From: an uncultured Acidimicrobiales bacterium
Lineage (GTDB): Bacteria > Actinomycetota > Acidimicrobiia > Acidimicrobiales > VFJN01
Length of the DNA stretch: 64,000 nucleotides
Direction: 5' to 3'
Assembly (NCBI GenBank): GCA_963735395.1
Contig: CAVTKV010000015.1
Span: 2,858 to 66,857 of the forward strand
Part shown: piece by piece, positions 53,332-62,279 of the stretch
Layout: each line of letters begins with the position of its first letter
Position numbering within the stretch: the first letter of the stretch is position 1
Notes under the pieces: model-generated
Database searches by the model: none
Told to the model about the DNA's origin: nothing
What the model saw: the letters and a program-made list of their open reading frames with translations, nothing else
Made by a program: the position numbers and the translations under genes

Positions 53332-54174
53332 GTGAGCACAGACCCGACTGCGCCCGACACCATCGTCCTGATCCACGGCTTCTGGGTGACCCCCCGCAGC
53401 TGGGAGGAATGGATCGAGCACTACGGGGGCCGCGGCTACAACGTGCTCGCGCCCGCCTACCCAGGCTTCGAGGTCGAGGTCGAGGCGCTCAACGCCGACC
53501 CGTCGCCGATCGAGGCGGTGACCGCTCCCCAGATCATCGAGCACCTCGAGGCGGTCGTCGGCGGGCTCGACCGTCCGCCGATCCTGATCGGTCACTCCGC
53601 CGGTGGCGCGTTCACCCAGGTGCTCCTCGACCACGGCTTCGGGGCCGCGGGCGTCGCGATCAACTCGGCGCCCACCGAGGGTGTGCGCGTCGTGCCCCTG
53701 TCCCAGGTCCGCTCGACGTTCCCCGTGCTCAAGAACCCGGCCAATCACCACAAGGCCGTCGGGTTCACCTACGAGCAGTGGCACTACGCGTTCACCAACA
53801 CCTTCACCGAGGACGAGTCCCGGCGGCTGTACGAGCGCTACGCCATCCCGGCGTCCGGGCGGATCCTTTGGAACAGCGTGCTGGCGAACTTCGAGCCCGG
53901 CCCCCAGGACATCTGGGTCGACTACCACAACGATGCCCGAGCCCCGCTGCTGTTCATCTCCGGCAGCGAGGACCACCTCATGCCGCCGAGCGTGCAGCGT
54001 TCCAACGCCAAGCACTACAAGTCCGACACCGTCACCGAGGTCACGGAGTACGAGGGACGCGCGCACCTCCTCCCGTCCCAGGAGGGCTGGCAGGAGATCG
54101 CCGACTACGCCCTCGACTGGGCTGTCGACCACGCCGGGGGAGCGGCCGCCGAGGGCACGCCGGGCTCCGGATGA
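53332..54174 (+). CDS. Alpha/beta hydrolase
   Basis: In frame within ORF 53206..54174. GTG 53332 lies 6 nt after GGAGGA. Contains IVLIHGFWVTP and the nucleophile elbow IGHSAGG. Confidence 0.8.
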   Translation: MSTDPTAPDTIVLIHGFWVTPRSWEEWIEHYGGRGYNVLAPAYPGFEVEVEALNADPSPIEAVTAPQIIEHLEAVVGGLDRPPILIGHSAGGAFTQVLLDHGFGAAGVAINSAPTEGVRVVPLSQVRSTFPVLKNPANHHKAVGFTYEQWHYAFTNTFTEDESRRLYERYAIPASGRILWNSVLANFEPGPQDIWVDYHNDARAPLLFISGSEDHLMPPSVQRSNAKHYKSDTVTEVTEYEGRAHLLPSQEGWQEIADYALDWAVDHAGGAAAEGTPGSG

Positions 54175-54196
54175 CCCACACGACGCGGCGCGGCGC

Positions 54197-54989
54197 ATGA
54201 CGACGGCCCGCGTGACCCACATCGGCGGGCCGACGACCCTGATCGAGGTCGACGGCTGGCGGCTGCTGACCGATCCGACGTTCGACGCCCCGGGGCGGAC
54301 GTACGGCTTCGGTTGGGGCACGAGGTCGCGCAAGGTGTCCGGTCCGGCGATCCCCGCCGCCGACCTGGCACCGATCGACGCCGTGCTGCTCAGCCACGAC
54401 CACCACGGCGACAACCTCGACGACGCCGGCCGCACGCTGCTGCGGTCGGTCGGTGCCGTCGTCACCACCGGCGCGGCGGCGCGGCGACTGGGCGGTGGCG
54501 CACGCGGTGCTGGCCCCGTGGGAGACCACGCGGCTCGAGGCGCCGGGGCGGCCGTCGATCCAGGTCACCGCCACGCCGTGCCGCCACGGCCCCCCGCTGA
54601 GCCGTCCGATCGTCGGCGACGTGATCGGCTTCGCGCTCGGTTGGGACGGCCAGGAGCACGGCGCGCTGTGGGTCTCTGGCGACACGGTGCTCTACGACGG
54701 CGTGCGCCAGGTCGCCGACCGGCTTCAGGTCGGCACCGCGCTGCTCCACCTCGGTGGGGTGCGGTTCCCGGTGACCGGGCCGGTGCGCTACTCGATGACC
54801 GCCCGCGACGCGGTCGAGCTGTGCCGCATCGTTCGGCCGACGACCGCCATCCCGGTGCACTACGAGGGGTGGACGCACTTCCAGCAGGGGCGAGAGGCCA
54901 TGGAGCACGAGTTCGCGCGGGCGCCGGAGGAGGTCCGCCGGAGCATCCGTTGGGCACCCATCGGGCAGAGCCTCGAGGTAGCCGTGTAA
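54197..54989 (+). pseudogene. MBL-fold metallo-hydrolase, one-base frame change at about 54497-54501
   Basis: MTTARVTHIGGPTTLIEVDGWRLLTDPTFD..LLSHDHHGDNLD..VVTTGAAARRLGG then continues in the frame of ORF 54453..54989 as AHAVLAPWETTRLEAPGRPSIQVTATPCRHG..IPVHYEGW. Confidence 0.75.
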
Positions 54990-55117
54990 GCCCCGCGCTC
55001 CTCGTGATCAGGCCGTGCGCGGGCGGCAGCTGTGGCCGGGGACGGTGGCCCGACTTGAGTGTCGGATCAGGCCTGTTGACAGACTGTTCACATCTTCGTG
55101 TCCGCTGGGGACGCGGT

Positions 55118-55133
55118 CGGACCGTACGGTCCG
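55118..55133. promoter_or_regulatory. Perfect 16-nt palindrome CGGACCGTACGGTCCG upstream of the hydrolase gene
   Basis: Read directly. It lies 38 nt before GTG 55171 and downstream of a TTGACA hexamer (55075-55080). Confidence 0.35.
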
Positions 55134-55170
55134 GTGAGCACTGACCGGGCCGGCCGGCTCGCAGGAGGGT

Positions 55171-56220
55171 GTGGACATGCCCAGACGTCGGGACGACCGA
55201 CCGCCCGCCGGCGGCGACGCGCTCGACGCACGGCTGCGGTACCGCACGGTGCACGGCTACCGGCGCGCCTATCGCATGATGGGCTCCGGTCCGGCGCTGC
55301 TGATGCTCCACGGCATCGGCGACAGCTCCGAGAGCTGGCTGCCGGTCATGCAGGCGCTGGCCCGCGACCACACGGTCGTCGCGCCCGACCTGCTCGGCCA
55401 CGGCGGGTCCGACAAGCCCCGGGCCGACTACGCGGTGGCCGCCTACGCCAACGGCATGCGCGACCTGCTGGACATCCTGGGCATCGAGCGGGCCACCGTG
55501 GTCGGGCACTCGCTGGGCGGCGGCGTGGCCGCCCAGATGTCATACCAGTACCCCGAGCGCTGCGAGCGCCTGGTGTTGGTGGCCAGCGGGGGAGCCGGGC
55601 GCGACGTCACGCCCCTGCTCCGGCTGGCTGCGGCGCCGCTGGCCGAGGTGTTCCTGGCGCCGATGCACTGGTCGGTCACGCGGCCGCTCGTCGGCGCAGC
55701 CCTGAGCCTGCTGGGGCACCTGGGCAACGACCTCGCCCGCGACCGCGAGCACGTCAACCGCCTGCTCGCGCGCCTGCCCGACGGCGACGCGCAGGTGGCG
55801 TTCACCCGCACGCTGCGATCGGTCGTCGACTGGCGGGGCCAGGTCGTGACGATGCTCGACCGCTGCTACCTGGCCGAGGCCGTGCCCACGCTGCTGGTGT
55901 GGGGCGACCGCGACGGCGTCATCCCCGTCGCCCACGCCCACCGGGCGCACCAGGCGATGCCGTCGAGCCGGCTCGAGGTCTTCCCCGGTGCCGGGCACTT
56001 CCCCCACCACGCCGATCCCGAGCGGTTCGTCGCCCTGTTGGCCGGGTTCGTCGCCTCCACCGAGCCGTCGGCCTACGACGCCGACCGCTGGCGCGACCTG
56101 CTGCGGCGGGGTGGCGCCGCGGCCACGGCGGATGCCCACGACGACGGTGCCGGTGCCGTCCGGGCCGTGCCTCGCCCGCCGGACGACGCCGTGGCACCGG
56201 TCGCGGCCGCCGCCTCCTGA
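55171..56220 (+). CDS. Alpha/beta hydrolase
   Basis: 349-aa ORF with LLMLHGIGDSSESW, the nucleophile elbow VGHSLGG, and GHFPHHADPERF. Confidence 0.85.
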   Translation: MDMPRRRDDRPPAGGDALDARLRYRTVHGYRRAYRMMGSGPALLMLHGIGDSSESWLPVMQALARDHTVVAPDLLGHGGSDKPRADYAVAAYANGMRDLLDILGIERATVVGHSLGGGVAAQMSYQYPERCERLVLVASGGAGRDVTPLLRLAAAPLAEVFLAPMHWSVTRPLVGAALSLLGHLGNDLARDREHVNRLLARLPDGDAQVAFTRTLRSVVDWRGQVVTMLDRCYLAEAVPTLLVWGDRDGVIPVAHAHRAHQAMPSSRLEVFPGAGHFPHHADPERFVALLAGFVASTEPSAYDADRWRDLLRRGGAAATADAHDDGAGAVRAVPRPPDDAVAPVAAAAS

Positions 56221-56290
56221 TCGCCCCGGGTCGCGAGGTACGGCTCGCGTGACCGGTGGGCACATGAGATAACGCGGTTAACGTTGCCGC

Positions 56291-57259
56291 ATGAAGGCTG
56301 CGGTGTACGACGTGAACGGCGGGCCCGAGGTGCTGCGTTACGCAGACGTGCCCGATCCCGAGCTGCGCCCCGGGGGTGTGCTCGTCGAGGTGGAGGCGAT
56401 CGGCATCCAGGGCGGCGACCTGTTGCACCGGCAGGGCGGTGAGATCCCCTCGGCCCCGCACATCGTCGGCTACCAGGCGGCCGGCACGGTGCGGGAGGTG
56501 GGCGCCGGGGTCGACGACGTGCGCCCGGGCCAGGCCGTGGTCGCCGCCATGCTGGCGGGATCGCACGCCGAGCTGGTGAGCGTGCCCGCCGGGTCGACCT
56601 GGGTGCTTCCCGACGGGGTGTCGACGGCCGAGGGCGCCGGCGTGCCCGTCGAGTTCGCCACCGCGCACGACTGCCTCTTCGAGTTCGGTCACCTGCAGGC
56701 CGGCGAGACCGTGCTGGTCCAGGCGGGGGCGGGCGGTCTGGGTCTCGCTGCCGTCCAGCTCGCCAAAGCCGCGGGCGCCACCGTCTTGGCCACCGCCTCG
56801 AGCGACGAGCGGCTCGATCGCCTGCGCGAGTACGGGCTCGACCACCCCATCAACCACGCCACGGGCGACGTGGTGGCCGGGGTGATGGCGGCGACCGACG
56901 GCCGCGGCGTCGACCTCGTCGTCGATCCGGTGGGCGGCCGGACGCTCGAGGGCAGCATCGCCGCGACCGCCTACCGGGGTCGGGTGGTGTGGACGGGCCG
57001 GGCCGGGCGCGAGGACACGGTGCCCGACGTGTGGCCGCTCACGAGGAAGAACGGCACGCTCACCGGCGTGTTCCTGGGCGCGGAGATGATGATGGCTCCC
57101 GAGCGCACCCGCGCGCTCGTGGCCGACCTGCTCACGAGGGTGGCGTCGGGCGAGTTGCGGGTGGTCGTCGACCGCACGTTCCCGCTGGCCGACGCAGCCG
57201 AGGCCCACCGCTACATCGAGAGCCGCCAGGCGTTCGGCCGAGTGCTTCTCGTGCCCTGA
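56291..57259 (+). CDS. NADPH:quinone oxidoreductase / zinc-type alcohol dehydrogenase (MDR) family
   Basis: 322-aa ORF with MKAAVYDVNGGPEVLRY and the Rossmann motif VLVQAGAGGLGLAAVQLAK. Confidence 0.85.
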   Translation: MKAAVYDVNGGPEVLRYADVPDPELRPGGVLVEVEAIGIQGGDLLHRQGGEIPSAPHIVGYQAAGTVREVGAGVDDVRPGQAVVAAMLAGSHAELVSVPAGSTWVLPDGVSTAEGAGVPVEFATAHDCLFEFGHLQAGETVLVQAGAGGLGLAAVQLAKAAGATVLATASSDERLDRLREYGLDHPINHATGDVVAGVMAATDGRGVDLVVDPVGGRTLEGSIAATAYRGRVVWTGRAGREDTVPDVWPLTRKNGTLTGVFLGAEMMMAPERTRALVADLLTRVASGELRVVVDRTFPLADAAEAHRYIESRQAFGRVLLVP

Positions 57260-57341
57260 CACCCCAGCCCATGAGCCGGGCGATGAGCCCGGGGTCGTGG
57301 CCGTCGCCCGCAGGTGCCGCGCGGGGCCGTTGCCGAGGCCT

Positions 57342-57660
57342 CTAGCCGACGGCGCCCTCGACGGCCGGGGTGGGGCCGTCGCCGTCCCGCGGTCCGCTGC
57401 CCACCATGTCGTCGTCGCCGTCGGGGCCGACGGGCACGACCGCACGCTCGGGCGCCGTGGCTCTGGCCGGGAGCCACCGGAACACGCCGACGGCGGCGAT
57501 CAGCGTGATGCCCGCCGCCACCAGCACGGCCAGGTGGTAGCCCGACAGGAAGGCGTCGTGGGCCACGGCCACGATCCTGTCGCCCGTCGTGCCACCGGTG
57601 TCGACGCCCGTGGCCACGGCCGCGCGGTGATACTCGGGCTGACCGACCGCGGCCGGGTGC
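57342..57660 (-). pseudogene. Possible C-terminal remnant of an MFS transporter (last TM helix and tail)
   Basis: The tail of ORF 57342..58106 reads DRIVAVAHDAFLSGYHLAVLVAAGITLIAAVGVFRWLPARA, which resembles the end of DHA2 transporters. Nothing transporter-like lies upstream. Confidence 0.3.
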
Positions 57661-57669
57661 CCTCGCCGG

Positions 57670-58893
57670 TCAGCCCTCGGTGGCGACGGCCAGACGGGCG
57701 ATGAGCGCGGGCACGAGCGGATCGTCGCGCGACGCCAGGTGATGGGCGTGCTCGAGCACCTCGATGTCGTAGGGGTGGACCGCGGTGTACTTGAGCGCCC
57801 CGGCCGCCGTGCCTTGGCGCAACAGGGCCGTCCGCAGCGCCACGTCGAGGTGATGCCTGTGCCCGACGACGGCCGGTGCCTCGCTGCTGGGCAGCAGCTG
57901 GCCGGTGTAGAGGCGGGCAGCTCCCTCGACGTTGCCGACGTCGAGGCGCTCGAGCAGTTGGACCGCGTCCACCCGGCTGGGCAGCGTGAGCCGGTAGGGG
58001 CGGGACGTGAGCTGGCCCGCGAGAGCTCGGCGTAGGCGGGACATCTCGGCCTTGAGGGTGGTCGTCGCCACCGGCCGGTCGCCGTAGAGCTGGGCGTGCA
58101 GCTCACCCAGGGTGATCGCGCCGGCCATGTTGAGGATGGTGAGGATCTCGAACTGCCGTTGCGTCAGGTGCAGCGGCGAGCCGTCGAGGCTCGCCGTCGG
58201 CTCGCCGAGCACCCGCAGCTCGAGGACCGGGGCCAGCAGGGCTCCTGCCGACCTGTCGAGGCGCAGCTCGTGCTCGACGATCCGGGCCAGGGAGGTGACG
58301 GTGGCCAGGGCCAGCGGGTTGGCGTGCTTCCAGGTCGTCGACAGGTTGATCGCGCCGAGCTGGGTGCCGTCGGGGCCATGGATCGGCGAGGCGTAGCACA
58401 CCCAGTCCTGGATCGGGCTCAACCAGTGCTCGGTGGCGAACACCGCAGACGGCCGGTCGGCCGCCAGCGCGAGGCCGATGCCGTTGGTGCCCGACGTCCC
58501 CTCGAGCCACACGCCGCCGGGGAGCAGGCCGATGCGCTCGGACCGTGCCCGCAGCCACAACGGCGTCGACTGCCACAGGACGCGGCCGTCGGGATCGGCG
58601 ACGCAGGCGATGAGGTCGGCGGTGGTGGCGAGCTGCTCGAGCTGCTCGACGAGGCCGGGCACGGCGCGGCGGATCGGCGAGGCCAGCCACCGGGCGCGGG
58701 TGTTGCCCGGCGTGTCGACCGGCGCCGAATCCAGCTCCGCGGAGCCGAGCTGTGGTGCACAGCGCTGCCACGACGCCCGGACCAGCGGGTCGACCCCGAC
58801 GCCTGTCGGTGACCACAGGTCGGCCTTCGCCTGCTCGATGGCCTCTCGTCGCAGCTCGAGATCCGTGATCATCTCCACCCCCCGGCACCCCAT
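57670..58893 (-). CDS. GAF-domain regulator with a C-terminal winged-helix (OmpR/SARP-like) DNA-binding region
   Basis: 407-aa ORF with ASWQRCAPQLG, WLEGTSGTNGIGLALA, WVCYASPIHGPDG and LELRVLGEPTASLDGSPLHLTQRQFEILTIL. The start could be ATG 58872. Confidence 0.7.
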   Translation of the reverse strand: MGCRGVEMITDLELRREAIEQAKADLWSPTGVGVDPLVRASWQRCAPQLGSAELDSAPVDTPGNTRARWLASPIRRAVPGLVEQLEQLATTADLIACVADPDGRVLWQSTPLWLRARSERIGLLPGGVWLEGTSGTNGIGLALAADRPSAVFATEHWLSPIQDWVCYASPIHGPDGTQLGAINLSTTWKHANPLALATVTSLARIVEHELRLDRSAGALLAPVLELRVLGEPTASLDGSPLHLTQRQFEILTILNMAGAITLGELHAQLYGDRPVATTTLKAEMSRLRRALAGQLTSRPYRLTLPSRVDAVQLLERLDVGNVEGAARLYTGQLLPSSEAPAVVGHRHHLDVALRTALLRQGTAAGALKYTAVHPYDIEVLEHAHHLASRDDPLVPALIARLAVATEG

Positions 58894-59235
58894 CGTGGCG
58901 TACCCGATCTGATCCGTTCACCCGTGCCCAGGAGTGTAGGTGGAGAAACCACGGTCCGCGCGCGTGCGAGCGCTTCGTGGAGGCAACCAACCTTTGTCCA
59001 ACCTCCCCGGTGGCACACTGACGACGATGGCGTGCCACGGCACGTCATCGCTCCCCCCGGAGCCCAACAGCCGCAGGGTCGGGGGCGGTTTCGCCCGCCC
59101 GCCTACCGCCTCCGATCCTGTTGGCGTTCGCCACGGGCTCCGGCCGTCGGGACGCCGGTCCGCCGGTGGGGCCCTTCCTCCCCAGCAGGCCCCGCCGGCG
59201 CCGGCACCAACCGGTGCGTGCGCGCGGATTTGAGG

Positions 59236-59266
59236 TTGACCCCCGGGTCAAGTTGGCCGCTAGCCT
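59236..59266 (+). promoter_or_regulatory. Candidate promoter of the MoxR operon with an overlapping palindrome; the transcript may be leaderless
   Basis: TTGACC (59236-59241) lies inside the palindrome TTGACCCCCGGGTCAA (59236-59251). TAGCCT is at 59261-59266, 6 nt before ATG 59273. There is no SD motif. Confidence 0.35.
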
Positions 59267-59272
59267 GGACCA

Positions 59273-60220
59273 ATGACCGATCCGGCGCAGCGCGACACCC
59301 ATCGCTTCGAGTCCGTCCCGGCCGTGCGAGAGTCGCTCGCCAAGGTCGACTACCTGGCCGACGACGGCATCGCCGGGGTGGTCTACCTGGCCGACCGGCT
59401 CGGCAAGCCCGTCCTGGTCGAGGGCCCGGCGGGCACCGGGAAGACGCAGCTCGCCAAGTCGGTGGCCGAGATCAGCGGCGCCCGCCTCATCCGCCTGCAG
59501 TGCTACGAGGGCCTGGACGAGTCCAAGGCGCTCTACGAGTGGAACTACAAGAAGCAGCTGCTGCGCATCCAGGCCGAGCGCAACGACGGGGCCACCTGGG
59601 GCGACGTCGAGGAGGACATCTTCTCCGACGAGTTCCTCCTCACCCGCCCGCTGCTCGAGGCCATCCGCGCCGAGGACCCGGTCGTGCTGCTCATCGACGA
59701 GGTCGACCGCGTCGAGGTCGAGACCGAGGCGCTGCTGCTGGAGATCCTCTCCGACTACCAGGTCTCCATCCCCGAGCTGGGAACGGTCACCGCCAAGCAG
59801 GTGCCCCTCGTGTTCCTCACGTCGAACAACACGCGCGAGCTGTCCGAGGCGCTCAAGCGGCGCTGCCTGTTCCTCCACGTCGACTACCCCGACCTCGATC
59901 GCGAGCGCGAGATCGTGCTGTCCAAGGTGCCCGGCATCACCGACAACCTGGCCGATCAGGTGGCCCGCATCGTGCGGTCGATCCGCCAGCTCGAGCTGAA
60001 GAAGCCGCCGTCGGTGTCCGAGACGCTCGACTGGGCCCGCACGCTGCTGCTGCTCGGGGTCGAGCAGGTCGATGCGGCCACCGCCACCGGCACCGCCAAC
60101 ATCCTGCTCAAGTACCAGAGCGACATCACCAAGGCCACCAAGGAGCTCGAGCAGGACGCCTCGCTCGGCGGCGAGGCTGCGGGCGCCGGGGCGGGCAAGC
60201 CCTGGCAGCGCAATGCCTGA
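59273..60220 (+). CDS. MoxR-family AAA+ ATPase (CoxD-like)
   Basis: 315-aa ORF with Walker A GPAGTGKTQLAK, Walker B VLLIDEVDR and LKRRCLFLHVDYP. Confidence 0.9.
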   Translation: MTDPAQRDTHRFESVPAVRESLAKVDYLADDGIAGVVYLADRLGKPVLVEGPAGTGKTQLAKSVAEISGARLIRLQCYEGLDESKALYEWNYKKQLLRIQAERNDGATWGDVEEDIFSDEFLLTRPLLEAIRAEDPVVLLIDEVDRVEVETEALLLEILSDYQVSIPELGTVTAKQVPLVFLTSNNTRELSEALKRRCLFLHVDYPDLDREREIVLSKVPGITDNLADQVARIVRSIRQLELKKPPSVSETLDWARTLLLLGVEQVDAATATGTANILLKYQSDITKATKELEQDASLGGEAAGAGAGKPWQRNA

Positions 60221-60342
60221 GCGACCGCAGGGAGCGGGGCCCGAGCGGCCCGGCCGAAGGCCAGGAGCGGGACATGCTTGAGCGACCGCAGGGAGCGGGG
60301 CCCGAGCGGCCCGGCCGAAGGCCAGGAGCGGGACATGCCTGA
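60213..60342 (+). repeat. 61-bp tandem duplication (2 copies plus 8 nt; 60/61 identical)
   Basis: Copies at 60213-60273 and 60274-60334 differ only at C60217 versus T60278. The first 8 nt, ATGCCTGA, recur at 60335-60342. Confidence 0.95.
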
Positions 60343-62026
60343 TCCGGGCGACCCCGGGGGGTCGGGCAACGGCAGCGCACCGGCCGACGATGCGCCCGCC
60401 AACGGCACCACCGGCGGCGCCGACGCCGGCATCACGGCCGGGCGCCACCGCGAGCGCGCCGGCGCGGGTGTCGCCCGCGGCACGGAGGGCCGCCGCGCGT
60501 CCCTCGACCGCCGCGAGCCGGCGCGGCCGCGCTCGCTCGACGAGGCCAACGACCGCCTGACGCAGCTCGGCGCGGGCGTCGCCCTCACCGAGCTGCTGTC
60601 GGGCTTCATCGTCGAGCTGCGCACGGCCGGGCTGCCCGTCAGCCTGACCGAGAACCTCGACGCCATGGCGGCGATCCAGCACATCCCGCTCGACGATCGC
60701 GACGCCTTCAAGTACGCCCTCGGCGCCACGCTCGTGAAGAACGCCTCGCACTGGCGGGTGTTCGAGACCGTGTTCGAGGTGTACTTCTCGCTCCGGGGCC
60801 GCGAGTACGCGCTCACCGACGAGCAGGCCGAGGCCATGGCCGACCTCGACGACCTGCTCAGCGAGATGCAGTCCGACCAGCCGGGCGAGCAGCAGGGCCA
60901 GGGCGGCGTGGGCGACTCGATGACGCCCGAGGAGCTGGCCGAGATGCTCATGCGGGCGCTGTCGCAGGGCAACGAGGCCATGCTCAAGGCGCTCGCCCGC
61001 CAGGCCGTGCGCCGCTACGCGGGCATGGAGCCGGGGCGGCCGGTCGGGGGCACCTATTACCTGTACCGCACGCTGCGGAACCTCGACCTCGACGGCGTGA
61101 TGGACAAGCTCATGCAGCAGGCGCGCGAGCAGGCGCCCGAGCCGCTCACCCCGCTCGAGGAGCGCCTGGAGCGCGACGAGTACGAGTCACGGGTCGACCA
61201 GCTGCGCAAGGAGATCGAGGCCGAGATCCGCCGCCGGCTCGTGGCCGACCGTGGCGTCGAGGCGATGGCCCGCACCCTGCGCAAGCCGCTGCCGGAGGAC
61301 GTCGACTTCATGCACGCCAGCCGCGAGGAGATGGCGTCGCTGCGCAAGGCGATCTACCCGCTCACGCGCAAGCTGGCCGTGCGCCTGGCCCGCAAGCGCC
61401 GCCACGGGCGCAAGGGCCCGCTCGACTTCCGGTCGACCGTGCGGCACTCGCTGTCGACCGGCGGCGTGCCCATCGAGCCCCGGTTCCGCTACCCCCGGCC
61501 GTCCAAGCCCGAGATCTTCGTCGTGGCCGACATCTCGGGGTCGGTCGCGGCCTTCGCCCGGTTCACGCTGCACCTGGTGTACGCCATCTCGAACCAGTTC
61601 TCGAAGGTGCGGGCGTTCGTGTTCATCGACGGCATCGACGAGGTGACCCGCCTGTTCGAGGGTACGGAAGACATCGGCGAGGCGGTCCACCGGGTCAACA
61701 CCGAGGCCGATGTCATCTGGGTCGACGGCCACAGCGACTACGGGCACGCGTTCGAGGTGTTCTGGCAGCGCTACGGCAAGGACGTCGGCCCGAAGACGAC
61801 GGTGCTGCTGCTGGGCGACGCCCGCAACAACTACCACGCCACCCAGTCCTGGGTGGTCAAGGAGATGCAGCACCGGGCCCGCCACGTCTACTGGCTCAAC
61901 CCCGAGCCCCGCAGCTACTGGGACACAGGCGACTCGATCATCGGCGAGTACGCCACCTACTGCGACGGCGTGTTCGAGTGCCGCAACCTGCGCCAGCTCG
62001 AACGCTTCGTCGACCACCTCGTGTAG
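60335..62026 (+). CDS. VWA-domain protein of the CoxE type (MoxR partner)
   Basis: In frame within ORF 60278..62026. ATG 60335 follows AGGAG. Contains LSGFIVELRTAGLPVSLTENLDAMAAI, the MIDAS-like motif VVADISGSV, and LLLGDARNNY. Confidence 0.85.
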   Translation: MPDPGDPGGSGNGSAPADDAPANGTTGGADAGITAGRHRERAGAGVARGTEGRRASLDRREPARPRSLDEANDRLTQLGAGVALTELLSGFIVELRTAGLPVSLTENLDAMAAIQHIPLDDRDAFKYALGATLVKNASHWRVFETVFEVYFSLRGREYALTDEQAEAMADLDDLLSEMQSDQPGEQQGQGGVGDSMTPEELAEMLMRALSQGNEAMLKALARQAVRRYAGMEPGRPVGGTYYLYRTLRNLDLDGVMDKLMQQAREQAPEPLTPLEERLERDEYESRVDQLRKEIEAEIRRRLVADRGVEAMARTLRKPLPEDVDFMHASREEMASLRKAIYPLTRKLAVRLARKRRHGRKGPLDFRSTVRHSLSTGGVPIEPRFRYPRPSKPEIFVVADISGSVAAFARFTLHLVYAISNQFSKVRAFVFIDGIDEVTRLFEGTEDIGEAVHRVNTEADVIWVDGHSDYGHAFEVFWQRYGKDVGPKTTVLLLGDARNNYHATQSWVVKEMQHRARHVYWLNPEPRSYWDTGDSIIGEYATYCDGVFECRNLRQLERFVDHLV

Positions 62027-62072
62027 CGCCGCGCGAACCGCGGGTAGCGGCGGTACCGGGCGACATTGTTCG

Positions 62073-62125
62073 CGCAACTGTGAACCGAACTGGTTGCTCA
62101 CCAACCACCTCGGTTCACAGTTGCG
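62073..62125 (+). terminator. Perfect 16-bp inverted repeat with a 21-nt loop, downstream of the VWA gene
   Basis: CGCAACTGTGAACCGA (62073-62088) pairs with TCGGTTCACAGTTGCG (62110-62125). There is no U-tract, so the function is uncertain. Confidence 0.35.
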
Positions 62126-62279
62126 TACGCAACCACACGACCGATGGTGGGTGTGCGTGGCCCGAGGCTGCCGCGCGAACCGCCGGTGGCCTTGTCACGT
62201 ACCAGGCCACATGACCTCGAGAGATGCTGCGCAAGGGCTTTGCAAGCGCCGTGCGAGCGCGCGCGTCCATGGTGGGGGC

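Noticed and set aside
60213-60342. The direct repeats as a possible CRISPR array
   Set aside because: There are only two contiguous copies with no spacers, the unit is 61 bp, no cas genes are present, and the repeats lie exactly at a gene junction.
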